A DNA stretch of 62,960 nucleotides, filler included, from Octopus bimaculoides (lineage: Eukaryota): NCBI RefSeq assembly GCF_001194135.2. It is 4 parts of 4 records of this genome, joined end to end, with 100 filler letters (N's around TTAATTAATTAA, not from the genome) between each part and the next. Parts side by side here need not be neighbours in the genome. Positions count along the whole stretch, not along the records: positions 1 to 30,410 come from NC_068988.1; positions 30,511 to 48,666 come from NC_068999.1; 2 more parts are not named here. One strand, given 5' to 3'. The first letter of the stretch is position 1. Each line of letters opens with the position of its first letter. This document shows, piece by piece, positions 25,753-39,299 of the stretch. The notes below the pieces were generated by a model. It saw only the letters and a program-made list of their open reading frames with translations. It ran no database searches and was not told the DNA's origin. Made by a program: the position numbers and the translations under genes.

Positions 25753-25788
25753 CTTTGACGTTTCGTGCCTACGCTTTTCGGCAGAAAG
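25753..25788 (-). ncRNA. Minimal type I hammerhead-like motif (degenerate)
   Basis: Minus strand reads cttt-CTGCCGA-a-aag-cgtagg-cac-GAA-ACGT-C-aaag. Stem I pairs, stem III is the palindrome ACGT and the cleavage triplet is GTC; stem II is damaged. Homolog at 47956. Confidence 0.5.
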
Positions 25789-26274
25789 GATCGGAAGGGG
25801 GAAAAAGGAAAGAAAACGTTAAAAAAAAAAACGGAGCGAGAAAAGAAATGTATAGGGTTTAACGGTTCAACATGATGAAATGGCCGGAAGAAAGAGATTG
25901 CGTGGAAGGGAGATAATAACAGTGACCTGGCCGAACTAGTGTGCGCAAATGCGTGTGTGTATGTGAGAATGGTGTGTGTGAGTGCATATGTATAAATGGG
26001 GGCGAGTGCATGTGAATGTATGTGTGGGCGAGTTTAACATTATGTGGGTATGTGTGTGTGTGTGTATGTGTGTATGTGCATAAGAAAGATAGTGTGTACA
26101 TTTTGTGGAGTGATTTTTGAGTTGTTTTTACTCTTGTTTCTAGCAATAGCTGGTGCTGGTTAGGACCCTCTATCACTCTTGCGACCTCTATTAAATCTGC
26201 TGTATATATATATATATATATAGTAAAGGTTATTTGCCAACCTAATGTGTGTGTGTAAGTGGTTGTGTGCATTC

Positions 26275-26340
<66 letters not shown>

Positions 26341-26435
26341 TGTGTGTGTTTACCTGTCTTTATGATCATGTGTAATAACTTCATTCACTTCGTTTCATCT
26401 AATCTAAAACATCTATATTTGTCTATTTATTGCAG

Positions 26436-26750
26436 TGAGTGGTGGAATTTATCTTGATCCCGACATCATATTCTTGCGACCTATCGACCAATTCCGGCAG
26501 CCAGTCCTTACAATGGGCGTAATCGACCAAGCAACCGGTATAGGGAACGGTTTGATATTTGCCAAAAGACACTCCAAATTCTTAGAATATTGGTACGAAA
26601 GTTACAGAAATTTTAACTCTAGTTTTTGGGGAACTCATTCAATGGTAATACCATTGAAGTTATCAACAATATATTCACACCTTATTAACGTAGATAAAGG
26701 ACATATTTATCATCCGAACTGGTTTGAGCTTGATAAACTTTTTCTTAAAG
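26436..26750 (+). CDS. GT32 / DXD-motif glycosyltransferase exon (alpha-1,4-GlcNAc/Gal transferase-like); continues into gap
   Basis: TTTATTGCAG acceptor at 26435, then an open frame SGGIYLDPDIIFLRPIDQFR..GNGLIFAKRHSKFLEYWYESY..WGTHSMVIP..YHPNW, containing the GGIYLDxD signature of PF04488/GT32. Confidence 0.85.
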
Positions 26751-28095
26751 NNNNNNNNNNNNNNNNNNNNNNNNNNNNNNNNNNNNNNNNNNNNNNNNNN
26801 NNNNNNNNNNNNNNNNNNNNNNNNNNNNNNNNNNNNNNNNNNNNNNNNNNNNNNNNNNNNNNNNNNNNNNNNNNNNNNNNNNNNNNNNNNNNNNNNNNNN
26901 NNNNNNNNNNNNNNNNNNNNNNNNNNNNNNNNNNNNNNNNNNNNNNNNNNNNNNNNNNNNNNNNNNNNNNNNNNNNNNNNNNNNNNNNNNNNNNNNNNNN
27001 NNNNNNNNNNNNNNNNNNNNNNNNNNNNNNNNNNNNNNNNNNNNNNNNNNNNNNNNNNNNNNNNNNNNNNNNNNNNNNNNNNNNNNNNNNNNNNNNNNNN
27101 NNNNNNNNNNNNNNNNNNNNNNNNNNNNNNNNNNNNNNNNNNNNNNNNNNNNNNNNNNNNNNNNNNNNNNNNNNNNNNNNNNNNNNNNNNNNNNNNNNNN
27201 NNNNNNNNNNNNNNNNNNNNNNNNNNNNNNNNNNNNNNNNNNNNNNNNNNNNNNNNNNNNNNNNNNNNNNNNNNNNNNNNNNNNNNNNNNNNNNNNNNNN
27301 NNNNNNNNNNNNNNNNNNNNNNNNNNNNNNNNNNNNNNNNNNNNNNNNNNNNNNNNNNNNNNNNNNNNNNNNNNNNNNNNNNNNNNNNNNNNNNNNNNNN
27401 NNNNNNNNNNNNNNNNNNNNNNNNNNNNNNNNNNNNNNNNNNNNNNNNNNNNNNNNNNNNNNNNNNNNNNNNNNNNNNNNNNNNNNNNNNNNNNNNNNNN
27501 NNNNNNNNNNNNNNNNNNNNNNNNNNNNNNNNNNNNNNNNNNNNNNNNNNNNNNNNNNNNNNNNNNNNNNNNNNNNNNNNNNNNNNNNNNNNNNNNNNNN
27601 NNNNNNNNNNNNNNNNNNNNNNNNNNNNNNNNNNNNNNNNNNNNNNNNNNNNNNNNNNNNNNNNNNNNNNNNNNNNNNNNNNNNNNNNNNNNNNNNNNNN
27701 NNNNNNNNNNNNNNNNNNNNNNNNNNNNNNNNNNNNNNCTTTCAGTAAATCACTCACAATCTCAATCAAAAAAAATGCAAAGAAAAATAAATTTTAAAAA
27801 TGTACGCTGTCACCCTCTCTCTCTCTCTCTGTTTCTCTCTGTGTTTCTCTGTGTTTCTCTGTGTTTCTCTGTGTTTCTCTGTGTTTCTCTCTCTCTCTCT
27901 CTCTCTCTCACATACACAACACGCACTTTCTGTCTCGCAACTCCCATCAACACATGCGCACGTTCCTGTCCATTTCCTCTCTCTTTCACTTTATGCTGAC
28001 ATCAGACCAAATGTACATTTCCACCCACAAAAATAAATAAATAAACATTTTTTAATGGAATTTACCAAACGCTGTACCTTAATAGCTGTTCAACA

Positions 28096-28197
28096 GCTGA
28101 CCAAAAGTAACATTTCTCAGAGAGCTATATCGAATGATTCGCCAAATGGGCTGATCAAAAGTGACATTTCTGAGGGTTATATCGAATGATCGCCAAA
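28096..28197 (+). repeat. Tandem duplication, ~54-bp unit x2
   Basis: GCTGACCAAAAGTAACATTTC..TATATCGAATGATTCGCCAAA is repeated with a few changes. Confidence 0.8.
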
Positions 28198-28374
28198 AAA
28201 GCAATGAATATTTATTTTTATCGATTCCAAGACGTAAGCATACTTTTGTAATTACGCAGTTCGCTTCGCAAATACATGATTTCAGTTCCATCTCACTACA
28301 CAACGTCTTCTACGGTAGTCTCGGAGATACCAATAACTTGTGAGTGAACTTGTTAGACGGAAACTGCCTAGAAC

Positions 28375-28405
<31 letters not shown>

Positions 28406-30510
28406 NNNNNNNNNNNNNNNNNNNNNNNNNNNNNNNNNNNNNNNNNNNNNNNNNNNNNNNNNNNNNNNNNNNNNNNNNNNNNNNNNNNNNNNNNNNNNNN
28501 NNNNNNNNNNNNNNNNNNNNNNNNNNNNNNNNNNNNNNNNNNNNNNNNNNNNNNNNNNNNNNNNNNNNNNNNNNNNNNNNNNNNNNNNNNNNNNNNNNNN
28601 NNNNNNNNNNNNNNNNNNNNNNNNNNNNNNNNNNNNNNNNNNNNNNNNNNNNNNNNNNNNNNNNNNNNNNNNNNNNNNNNNNNNNNNNNNNNNNNNNNNN
28701 NNNNNNNNNNNNNNNNNNNNNNNNNNNNNNNNNNNNNNNNNNNNNNNNNNNNNNNNNNNNNNNNNNNNNNNNNNNNNNNNNNNNNNNNNNNNNNNNNNNN
28801 NNNNNNNNNNNNNNNNNNNNNNNNNNNNNNNNNNNNNNNNNNNNNNNNNNNNNNNNNNNNNNNNNNNNNNNNNAAAAAAAAAAAAAAAAAAAAAATGTTT
28901 TGGAAGTCGGTGATCACCATTACAATTTCCACTTTTCAAACAGAAAATGAAACAATTTAAAAACAATAGTGAGATCTTCTTTCTCTTTAACCCTACCCCT
29001 CCATAAATCCTAAAAGTTCGGCTTTTTTCGAATGTATTTCGATCAAAGTTTTAAAATAGAAGTCTGAATCTGTAATTTGCTTCAGCATACAATTTCAAAA
29101 TAATATCCAGACGGAAAGGTGAGTGATTTAAGGGAGATTTTACTGTCATTTCTAGAACATTTCATCGACCATTCCCCTTCTTTTTGTCATTCTGACATGT
29201 ATTGATGTTTTTCAATATTTTCCCTCCCTTTAAATGCATTTTATGGAATGATGACACGATAGTCCATTACTGGGATTTAGGCACAACAAAAATAAATTTG
29301 TAATTTAAATTTTTAACCCTCAGCTCGCATCAAGTGAGTCCGTGTGTGTGTGTGTGTGTGTAGGAAAAAAGATATTTACTAACAGAAAAGTATGCTATTG
29401 AAATAAACCTTTTACATACCGTTTTTAAATTACTTTGACGCCTTAATGAAATTTGTTACACACACACATCGTGAGCGATATACTTTACTACAGAGTGGAA
29501 GAGAGTGTGGTAAAACTATATAGAAAGGAGGAAAGTTTACCATGAGAAAAGCAAAGAAAATGAAGGAAAAATTTTTTCTGCTGTTGCCACCGATTTTTTG
29601 ATTTCAAAATTAGTTGGAAATTTTCAAATTTGTCTTACAATTATATTTTTCATGCTGAATCCGAGGTTATGACTCATTTATTGCAGAAAAATTTTGGAAA
29701 GATGTTACAGAGGTTTAAAGTTTGGACATTATCCAATCAGTAAACAGGACATGTGCGTATTAGCTGTCTTAAAATGAAAGTAAGCAGAATGAGGTTTTAA
29801 ACAACATGAAAGCATTGCATGAGAGTTAATACACATGCAGAGGGAGAAAAAGAGAGAGAAAGAGTGTGGTAAATATATAGAGAGACAGATTGGTGATGAC
29901 AGTTAGAGAGTGGGAGAGTTGACAATCTAGAAGTTGAGTTATCCTTAGAAAATTATATCTTTTATAGCTTACGGATGACCTCTTTGGGACACAGATTTCG
30001 AAAATTAACTTCATTTTTCTCGAGGACGCTCCGTTTCAGAGCTTTTAGGAACTAAACTCACATAACGACATACACTCGCATTTATATAGTAGATACGTGC
30101 GTGTGTGTGTGTGTGTGTATGTGTGTGTGTGTATGTGTGTGTGTGCTCGCGCGCGCGCGCACATGTTTATGTTTGTCTCTCACTGTTTCACAACGGCGTA
30201 CATTTGTTTTTGTCACCGTAACTTAGCGACTCGGTAAGGTAGGGAATGGTGATATGCGTAACCGACTGACTTGAAGTATGTGCCAGAGTCGATTTCATTG
30301 ACTAAAGATTAAAAAACCAGAATGGCTGCATTCCAATAACTGAAAACAAGTTAAATAATAAAAGAATTTAAATTCCACGCAGGGTTTGTGCCAACTTTCT
30401 GCGTTGTTAGNNNNNNNNNNNNNNNNNNNNNNNNNNNNNNNNNNNNNNNNNNNNTTAATTAATTAANNNNNNNNNNNNNNNNNNNNNNNNNNNNNNNNNN
30501 NNNNNNNNNN

Positions 30511-30541
<31 letters not shown>

Positions 30542-30696
30542 CGTGAATGTGGAACACTGAGAATGGGAGCTCAACACAACATTGGTGGATAAAATTTCTT
30601 TATTTGTGTATTAAAGCTACCATTGGTTTCATGTTAAGAATATGTGTATATGTGTATGTATACATATGTGCATGTGTGTGTGTATGTATGTGTATG

Positions 30697-30732
<36 letters not shown>

Positions 30733-30819
30733 TGCATACACATATAGATATATGCATATATATGTATACATACACATACATATATACACACATATAAACA
30801 CGCCATAGATATATATATC

Positions 30820-31060
30820 TATGTAACCAAACCAACATTGATTGTCAGGCGTTGGGAGTGTGGACAAACACAAGTACACACATACACTCACAGACACACA
30901 GCTAGACACATATGTAAATATATACGGCGGGTTTCTTTCAGTTTCCGTCGCCCAAATCTATTCTCAATCCTTTGGTCCGTCCGGAGCTGTAGTAGAAAGG
31001 ATTGAATTCGAAAATGCGCGGTTGGGAAACAAGCTTCTTACCACGCAGCTATCCATGCCT
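30820..31060 (-). mobile_element. SINE family A, diverged
   Basis: CGGGTTTCTTTCAGTTTCCGTC..CAAGCTTCTTACCAC motifs as in other copies. Confidence 0.7.
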
Positions 31061-32514
31061 GCGACTGATATTTACCCCCAGTATATTGCTGGTAGTTACA
31101 TAGTGGTAAAGAGTCAACGAGGGAGCTTTTACAAGGTTACCTCGCCTGCTAGAAATAGCAACCAAATCTCCCAAATGTCATACCCCGGTGTCTGATAAAA
31201 TGAAGAACACTCTGGATAATGTGTTCCAGGGTGGACAGTAGGCATTGTGTGTTGGATGTAAGGAATTTGGCAGTGGTGGTGTTAGCAGATTGTGATGTGA
31301 GCAATTGCTGAACCAGGTAGCATAAGGTGATAGTGCGATAAAGTGTGGTGGCGGTGGATTTAGTGATTTTTGGGGTAGTAACAAGAATGGTTACTGGATA
31401 GATGGTGGTGGTGGGAGGCGTGGTAGGGGTGGTGGTGGTGTTAGTAATGGTGAGTAGTGGTTTAAGAGGGGAGATGGTGAAGCCGGTGGTGGTAGGAAGG
31501 CGGGGGTTAATATCTAAGTATAGATGTCGGGTAGATGTGATGATGGTGATGGTGATGGTGGTTGTGGAGTGCGGGTAGCGGTAAGGGTGGGTGGGTGTAA
31601 AGTAGATGGTGATGGTGCCACCCCGTAGTTGCATCACGTGGACAAAGACTCGGGTTTTTGGTNNNNNNNNNNNNNNNNNNNNNNNNNNNNNNNNNNNNNN
31701 NNNNNNNNNNNNNNNNNNNNNNNNNNNNNNNNNNNNNNNNNNNNNNNNNNNNNNNNNNNNNNNNNNNNNNNNNNNNNNNNNNNNNNNNNNNNNNNNNNNN
31801 NNNNNNNNNNNNNNNNNNNNNNNNNNNNNNNNNNNNNNNNNNNNNNNNNNNNNNNNNNNNNNNNNNNNNNNNNNNNNNNNNNNNNNNNNNNNNNNNNNNN
31901 NNNNNNNNNNNNNNNNNNNNNNNNNNNNNNNNNNNNNNNNNNNNNNNNNNNNNNNNNNNNNNNNNNNNNNNNNNNNNNNNNNNNNNNNNNNNNNNNNNNN
32001 NNNNNNNNNNNNNNNNNNNNNNNNNNNNNNNNNNNNNNNNNNNNNNNNNNNNNNNNNNNNNNNNNNNNNNNNNNNNNNNNNNNNNNNNNNNNNNNNNNNN
32101 NNNNNNNNNNNNNNNNNNNNNNNNNNNNNNNNNNNNNNNNNNNNNNNNNNNNNNNNNNNNNNNNNNNNNNNNNNNNNNNNNNNNNNNNNNNNNNNNNNNN
32201 NNNNNNNNNNNNNNNNNNNNNNNNNNNNNNNNNNNNNNNNNNNNNNNNNNNNNNNNNNNNNNNNNNNNNNNNNNNNNNNNNNNNNNNNNNNNNNNNNNNN
32301 NNNNNNNNNNNNNNNNNNNNNNNNNNNNNNNNNNNNNNNNNNNNNNNNNNNNNNNNNNNNNNNNNNNNNNNNNNNNNNNNNNNNNNNNNNNNNNNNNNNN
32401 NNNNNNNNNNNNNNNNNNNNNNNNNNNNNNNNNNNNNNNNNNNNNNNNNNNNNNNNNNNNNNNNNNNNNNNNNNNNNNNNNNNNNNNNNNNATATATATA
32501 TATATATATACATA

Positions 32515-32680
32515 TATACGACGGGCTTCTTTCAGTTTCCGTCTACCAAATTCACTCACAAGGCTTTGGTCGGCCCGTGGCTATAGTAGAAGACACTTGT
32601 CCGAGGCGCCACGCAGTGGGACTGAACCCGGAACCATATGGTTCGGAAGCAAGCTTCTTACTACTTCTTGCTACGCCTGC
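32515..32680 (-). mobile_element. SINE family A, 5' half
   Basis: GACGGGCTTCTTTCAGTTTCCGTCTACC..GGGACTGAACCCGGAACC..CTACGCCTGCGCCT. Confidence 0.85.
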
Positions 32681-33049
32681 GCCTAAAAGTATTGAGTGCA
32701 TTTTTGGCCTGATTGCAATTCACACGTGTATGAAACCATTAAACACACACGCATTCACGCACACACACAGGCGCGCGCATAAACGTATATGCGTGTGTAT
32801 GTGTATATATAGACACACACATACACGCGCGTGTGTATATGCTGTCTGTTGTGTTTACAGAACCCTCTCTATATACACAATATAAATATTTAGATATCAA
32901 CACCCGGGGTGTTGCAGTGAATAACATTATTCAGTTTCGTTTCTATATATATATGTGTGTATGTGTAAATCGGTGTATGCGTATGAATGTATGTGTGTGT
33001 GTGTGTGTGTCTATGCATGTGTATGTTTTGGATGGGTGTACGAGCATAC

Positions 33050-33086
<37 letters not shown>

Positions 33087-33207
33087 ATGAAATGCTAAGT
33101 CAGAAGACGAAATTCTAACCACGTTGATTGTTTAGCATGATTGAACACGCTTCATTCCGTGCAGATTAAACGCATAGGCACGCACACACACGCACACACG
33201 CACATAC

Positions 33208-33251
<44 letters not shown>

Positions 33252-34499
33252 TATGTTCGGTCCTTTTCTTCCAGAAGGTCGTTTCTCGGATGTTCTGCGA
33301 ACGCTTAGGACATTGTCCCCTACTTCAACCACAGCAATACATGCATACATACACACACATACATACATACATGCAAGCATACATACATACATACACACAT
33401 ACATACATACATGCACACACATGCATGCGTACGTACATACATACACACATACACACACACATACATACACACATACACTCATACACATACACACACATAC
33501 ATACACATACGCACACATACACACATACACATACATACATATACACATACATACATACACACACATACATACATACATACATACATACATACACACACAC
33601 ATACATAGACATGCATACACACACACATACATACATACATACACATGCATACATACATACACACATGCCGCACACACATACATACCTACATACATNNNNN
33701 NNNNNNNNNNNNNNNNNNNNNNNNNNNNNNNNNNNNNNNNNNNNNNNNNNNNNNNNNNNNNNNNNNNNNNNNNNNNNNNNNNNNNNNNNNNNNNNNNNNN
33801 NNNNNNNNNNNNNNNNNNNNNNNNNNNNNNNNNNNNNNNNNNNNNNNNNNNNNNNNNNNNNNNNNNNNNNNNNNNNNNNNNNNNNNNNNNNNNNNNNNNN
33901 NNNNNNNNNNNNNNNNNNNNNNNNNNNNNNNNNNNNNNNNNNNNNNNNNNNNNNNNNNNNNNNNNNNNNNNNNNNNNNNNNNNNNNNNNNNNNNNNNNNN
34001 NNNNNNNNNNNNNNNNNNNNNNNNNNNNNNNNNNNNNNNNNNNNNNNNNNNNNNNNNNNNNNNNNNNNNNNNNNNNNNNNNNNNNNNNNNNNNNNNNNNN
34101 NNNNNNNNNNNNNNNNNNNNNNNNNNNNNNNNNNNNNNNNNNNNNNNNNNNNNNNNNNNNNNNNNNNNNNNNNNNNNNNNNNNNNNNNNNNNNNNNNNNN
34201 NNNNNNNNNNNNNNNNNNNNNNNNNNNNNNNNNNNNNNNNNNNNNNNNNNNNNNNNNNNNNNNNNNNNNNNNNNNNNNNNNNNNNNNNNNNNNNNNNNNN
34301 NNNNNNNNNNNNNNNNNNNNNNNNNNNNNNNNNNNNNNNNNNNNNNNNNNNNNNNNNNNNNNNNNNNNNNNNNNNNNNNNNNNNNNNNNNNNNNNNNNNN
34401 NNNNNNNNNNNNNNNNNNNNNNNNNNNNNNNNNNNNNNNNNNNNNNNNNNNNNNNNNNNNNNNNNNNNNNNNNNNNNNNNNNNNNNNNNNNNNNNNNNG

Positions 34500-34760
34500 T
34501 CATAATTGTTTCTAATTTAAGCACAAGGTCAGCAATTTTTGGAGAAGGGTTTTAATCGATTCGATTGACCAAACCCCACCCCACCCCACCCACGACTCAC
34601 ACTTGCCTGGTGCTTTATTTTATAGACCCTCGGAGGATGAAGCGCAAAGTTGATCTTGGTCGGATTGCAACTCAGAACGCAAAATATCGGAATGAAATAA
34701 CGCAAGGCATTTTGTCCGACACTCTGCCGGATTCTGCAACCAGACATTAACGTGGCGTAG
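34500..34760 (-). mobile_element. SINE family B, diverged
   Basis: Reverse complement of the family B core (GGATGAAG..AAAGTTGATCTT..AACTCAGAACG). Confidence 0.65.
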
Positions 34761-34809
34761 CTTATAGCCAGAGAAGTATACATTGTCTTTTTAGCCTTCC
34801 GAAATCGGT

Positions 34810-35330
34810 TTGGTCTTCTATTTAAGATGTTTCTATAGGAATATTAAATCTACCCCTAGTATTGCGCTGTTACTTTATTTGATCAAGGACGAAAGGTAAA
34901 GTTAGTCTTAGTTTGCCATCATAATTCCAAGCACTTCTTGGATGTTTCTTTAGGAATATTAAATCTACCCCAGGTATTTCAACTGCGAAGGATGAAAGGT
35001 AAAATTAGTCTTTGTCATCCGTTATAATTCCAAGCATTTCATTAGAGATGTTTCTGTTGGAATATTAAACCAACTCCAGTCTTACATTGGTACTTGGTTT
35101 GATCAACCCCAAAAGGACGATAAGTAAACTTGGTCTTTTATTATAATTCCATGTAGGATGATTGTACAGGAATATTAAATCTACCCCAGTATTTCACTGG
35201 TACTTTTTTGATCAACCCCAGAGGTATGAAGAATGAATTCAGTGTTTGTCTTCTATTATAATTCCATCGACGTCTAGGATGATTTATAGGAATATTGACT
35301 CTATCCCCCCGTATTTCTCTGGTACATTAT
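34810..35330. repeat. Degenerate minisatellite, 5 units of ~106-120 bp, related to the SINE B core
   Basis: The anchor GGAATATTAAATCTACCCC (or variant) occurs at 34838, 34953, 35059, 35169 and 35289. Units contain CTGGTACTT..GATCAACCCC..GGATGAAAGGTAAA. Confidence 0.8.
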
Positions 35331-35339
35331 AACCTATAT

Positions 35340-35722
35340 ACACATATATACATATACAAAACGCACACACATACACATACATGAACACACAACATCTGTG
35401 CATACAAACGCATCTCATCATTCGTATACACAACCTACGTATGTTACAATGGTACACATACACTAAAATGTACATAGAAGTACACACACCTATACACATA
35501 AACATTATTACATACATACACACACACACCTCTATATCAACCCACCTATATATAAACAAATCCCTATATATAAACACACACATATATATATATATATAAC
35601 ACATCTCTATATATAACACATACATATATAAACACACACAAACACACACATACACACACACACAACTGTATATAAAACTCCTATACAGACTTTACGACAC
35701 CCATATACGTTATACATACGTC

Positions 35723-35758
<36 letters not shown>

Positions 35759-36093
35759 CGCCCGCGCACAAACAAACACACCTTTACATTATCACACGAA
35801 CCGTACACATACACATACACAATTGCATACATACACACACATACATATCTATTCATATACCACGATAGCCACACACATCCACACAGATACTCTGTATAGG
35901 TGTTGGGTGGGGGTGTAAATATAGATTTGATACCAAAATGTGATGTTGTGAATCGCATGCCTCTTCTAAACACTAACAATGTATGTTGGGAAAGTCAGGT
36001 GAAATTGTTCAAACCAACAAACTGGTTGCAGGAGATACGAAGTCGCGGTTTCGAATCTTATGAAAATTATAAACATTTCATTTTAGCTTTTTA

Positions 36094-36134
<41 letters not shown>

Positions 36135-36145
36135 NNNNNNNNNNG

Positions 36146-36183
<38 letters not shown>

Positions 36184-36447
36184 TGTGTGTGTTGTGTGTG
36201 TGCTGTTGATGTTTGAATGTGTGTGTGTGTGTGTGCATAATTGTGTGTGTATAATTGTATATGTGTGTTTGTATATGTATGTATAAGTGTGTTTGTATAT
36301 GTGTGCGTTTGCATATGTTTGTATATGTGTGTTTGTATATGTGTGTGTTTGTATATATGCGTATGCATGTGTGTCTGCGTGTGTGTACATTTGTATATGG
36401 ATCTGTAGCGTATGTTTGCATGTAGATTGTAGCTGTGTGTGTTATTG

Positions 36448-36481
<34 letters not shown>

Positions 36482-37980
36482 ATTTGTGTTAGTGTATGTG
36501 TATTGGCAGTGTGTGTTTGTATATGTGTGTATTTGTGCGTATATATGTGTGTGTTTGTATATGTTGATATCGGTGCATTTGTACGTGTGTTAGGGCATGT
36601 GTATGTATGTGTTTATGTGATTAAATCTGTGTGTGTATGTGTCGTTAGTAATGTGTGTCTCTGTGTATGGTCGTTGGTGCATGTGTGAGTGCGAATGTTA
36701 CGTGTGTGTGAGTGTGTATATTAGTGCTTGTATGCGTATGTATATTAATATATGAACGTGTATTAATGTATGCATCTGTACAAATGTGTGTATATATGTG
36801 TGTATATGTACGTGTATATATGTAACTTGTGTAAGAGTGTGCTGTGAAGACTGTGTCTGTGTGCGTGTGGGAACGTGTGTGTGCGCGGACACTGCCATAT
36901 GTCAGTATACGTGGGTGCAAATGTTGCTACAAGTGTATATATATGTGCGTGTATATGTGTGTTGAGTGTAATTATGTACAAATTTATATATATGTATGTT
37001 GTATGTGTGTGTTTTGAACGTGTGTGTTTGTGCGCGCGCTTTCGTATGGATTTTGTTCTTTGTGTGTATAATTGTGATGTAATACATATGTGCAAGTGTG
37101 TGTATGTGTCAGTGTGTGTGTGTGTGTGTGTGTGTGTTTATGTGTGTATGGATTTTGTGTACAAATATATGAATGTGTATGCGAATATTATAGTGTGCGT
37201 GTATAAGCGCGCACCGAGGTTGTGATGTGTGTGTGTGTGCGTGGTTGTGTGTGCGCGTGTGTGTGTGTGCGTGTAAGTGTGTGTGCGTGTGTGTGTGTGT
37301 GTGCAGCCCGAAATATTAAAGTGTGCATATATGAATAGATATATGTGTGTGTATGTGTGTATGGTTGTATGCGTGTGCTTAAATATATTTAGTATTATGT
37401 GTATGTGTGCGTATTGTGGGTGAAACAATGTAGTAATGTGTGCGCATGTATGTGTGCGTGTGTGTGTGTGTGTGTGAGTTTATGCATGTGTAGCTGGTAT
37501 AATGTGTATATGTGAGTGTGTGTGTGTATACCGAAGGATTGCGTGTATGTTTGTACATGTGCATGCGTACGTGTGTCTAATACATATATTTGTATGGTGT
37601 TTATGTATTTGTATGTTTGTGTGTGTGCGTGTGTGCGTGTGTGTGTGTTGGTGTGTGTGTAATGTGTGTGTGTAACAATCACTGTCATAAGCGTATGTGC
37701 GTGTAAATACATACTTCTATTTGTGCGTGTATTTGCGTGCATGTGTGTGTACGCGCGTGCGTGTGTGTGTGTACGTGTGTGTTCATTGACGTCTGTGTGT
37801 TTATACAACTTGAGTGTACGTTGGTGACATGTGTATATATGAGCGCATGTTTACATATATACATACATATATATAAACATACATATATATATATATATAT
37901 AGATAGATAGATAGATAGATAGATGTATATATATATATATATATATATAGGAAAATGTAAAAAAGCCAGAATGCTGAACT

Positions 37981-38014
<34 letters not shown>

Positions 38015-38298
38015 NNNNNNNNNNNNNNNNNNNNNNNNNNNNNNNNNNNNNNNNNNNNNNNNNNNNNNNNNNNNNNNNNNNNNNNNNNNNNNNNNNNNNN
38101 NNNNNNNNNNNNNNNNNNNNNNNNNNNNNNNNNNNNNNNNNNNNNNNNNNNNNNNNNNNNNNNNNNNNNNNNNNNNNNNNNNNNNNNNNNNNNNNNNNNN
38201 NNNNNNNNNNNNNNNNNNNNNNNNNNNNNNNNNNNNNNNNNNNNNNNNNNNNNNNNNNNNNNNNNNNNNNNNNNNNNNNNNNNNNNNNNNNNNNNNNN

Positions 38299-38332
<34 letters not shown>

Positions 38333-38835
38333 ATGGATGGATGAATGGATGTTGTATGTACATACGTACATGTGTATATGTATGTAACACGTGAGCCTTC
38401 TCTGAACGTATGTTTATTATACGTAAGCAATACATAGATTTACATAAGACTATATAAAATTATCTTTGTGAATATGTGTGTTTATATATGTGTATATACA
38501 TATATATATATTTATATATATATATATATTCACACACCTGAGCGCGCGCTTACGGTTTCATTCTCCAATGTTTCGTCGACAAAGGAAGGGTCACTGCCCA
38601 TAGCTGTCGCCAGATTACATCATATAAATACGAGCGTGTGTGTGTGTGTGTATGTGTATACGCATTCACACACGCGTGTGTATGTTGGTGGGGGGTATAT
38701 ATTTATTTATAGGAAGTGAGAGAGCGCGGTGCCTATAATTACATTGTTTATGTTGTATAATAAAAATGCACAGGGCAGTAAGCCGTTGTACGGAAGTGTA
38801 TATAGTGGAATATATCAATGTAATATGCATGTGTG

Positions 38836-38876
<41 letters not shown>

Positions 38877-39137
38877 ATACGTGTGTGTGTGGTAATTAAG
38901 TTTGTAAACATTTGCATAAAGCTTCGGTGGAATTATGAATTCTGTAATAAACATTTTATTCAATTGCTTGGAAGGGCGAACACACATACACACACACACA
39001 CATACGTATATATATATATACATAATATACAGACACACATAACTCACAAACACACACGTATATATATTTTTTGTATTATATATACACACATACACATGCA
39101 TTCGAATACATACATGTATACATACACGCACACACAC

Positions 39138-39186
<49 letters not shown>

Positions 39187-39214
39187 NNNNNNNNNNNNNN
39201 NNNNNNNNNNNNNN

Positions 39215-39299
<85 letters not shown>

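Noticed and set aside
30455-30466. Isolated TTAATTAATTAA between N runs, repeated at 48711-48722 and 59569-59580
   Set aside because: Each is flanked by exactly 44 N on both sides (100 bp total), and the 12-mer has stops in all six frames. It is an assembly gap spacer, not biology.
31149-31660. ~170-codon Thr/Pro-rich minus-strand frame (mucin-like), and the similar tract at 57680-58200
   Set aside because: Decayed (ACC/ACT)n sequence is naturally stop-poor; no splice signals, signal peptide or domain could be supported.
34810-35330. CRISPR-like reading of the anchored repeats (also 16114-16235)
   Set aside because: Eukaryotic context, whole units are homologous (no unique spacers), repeats are diverged and there are no cas genes.
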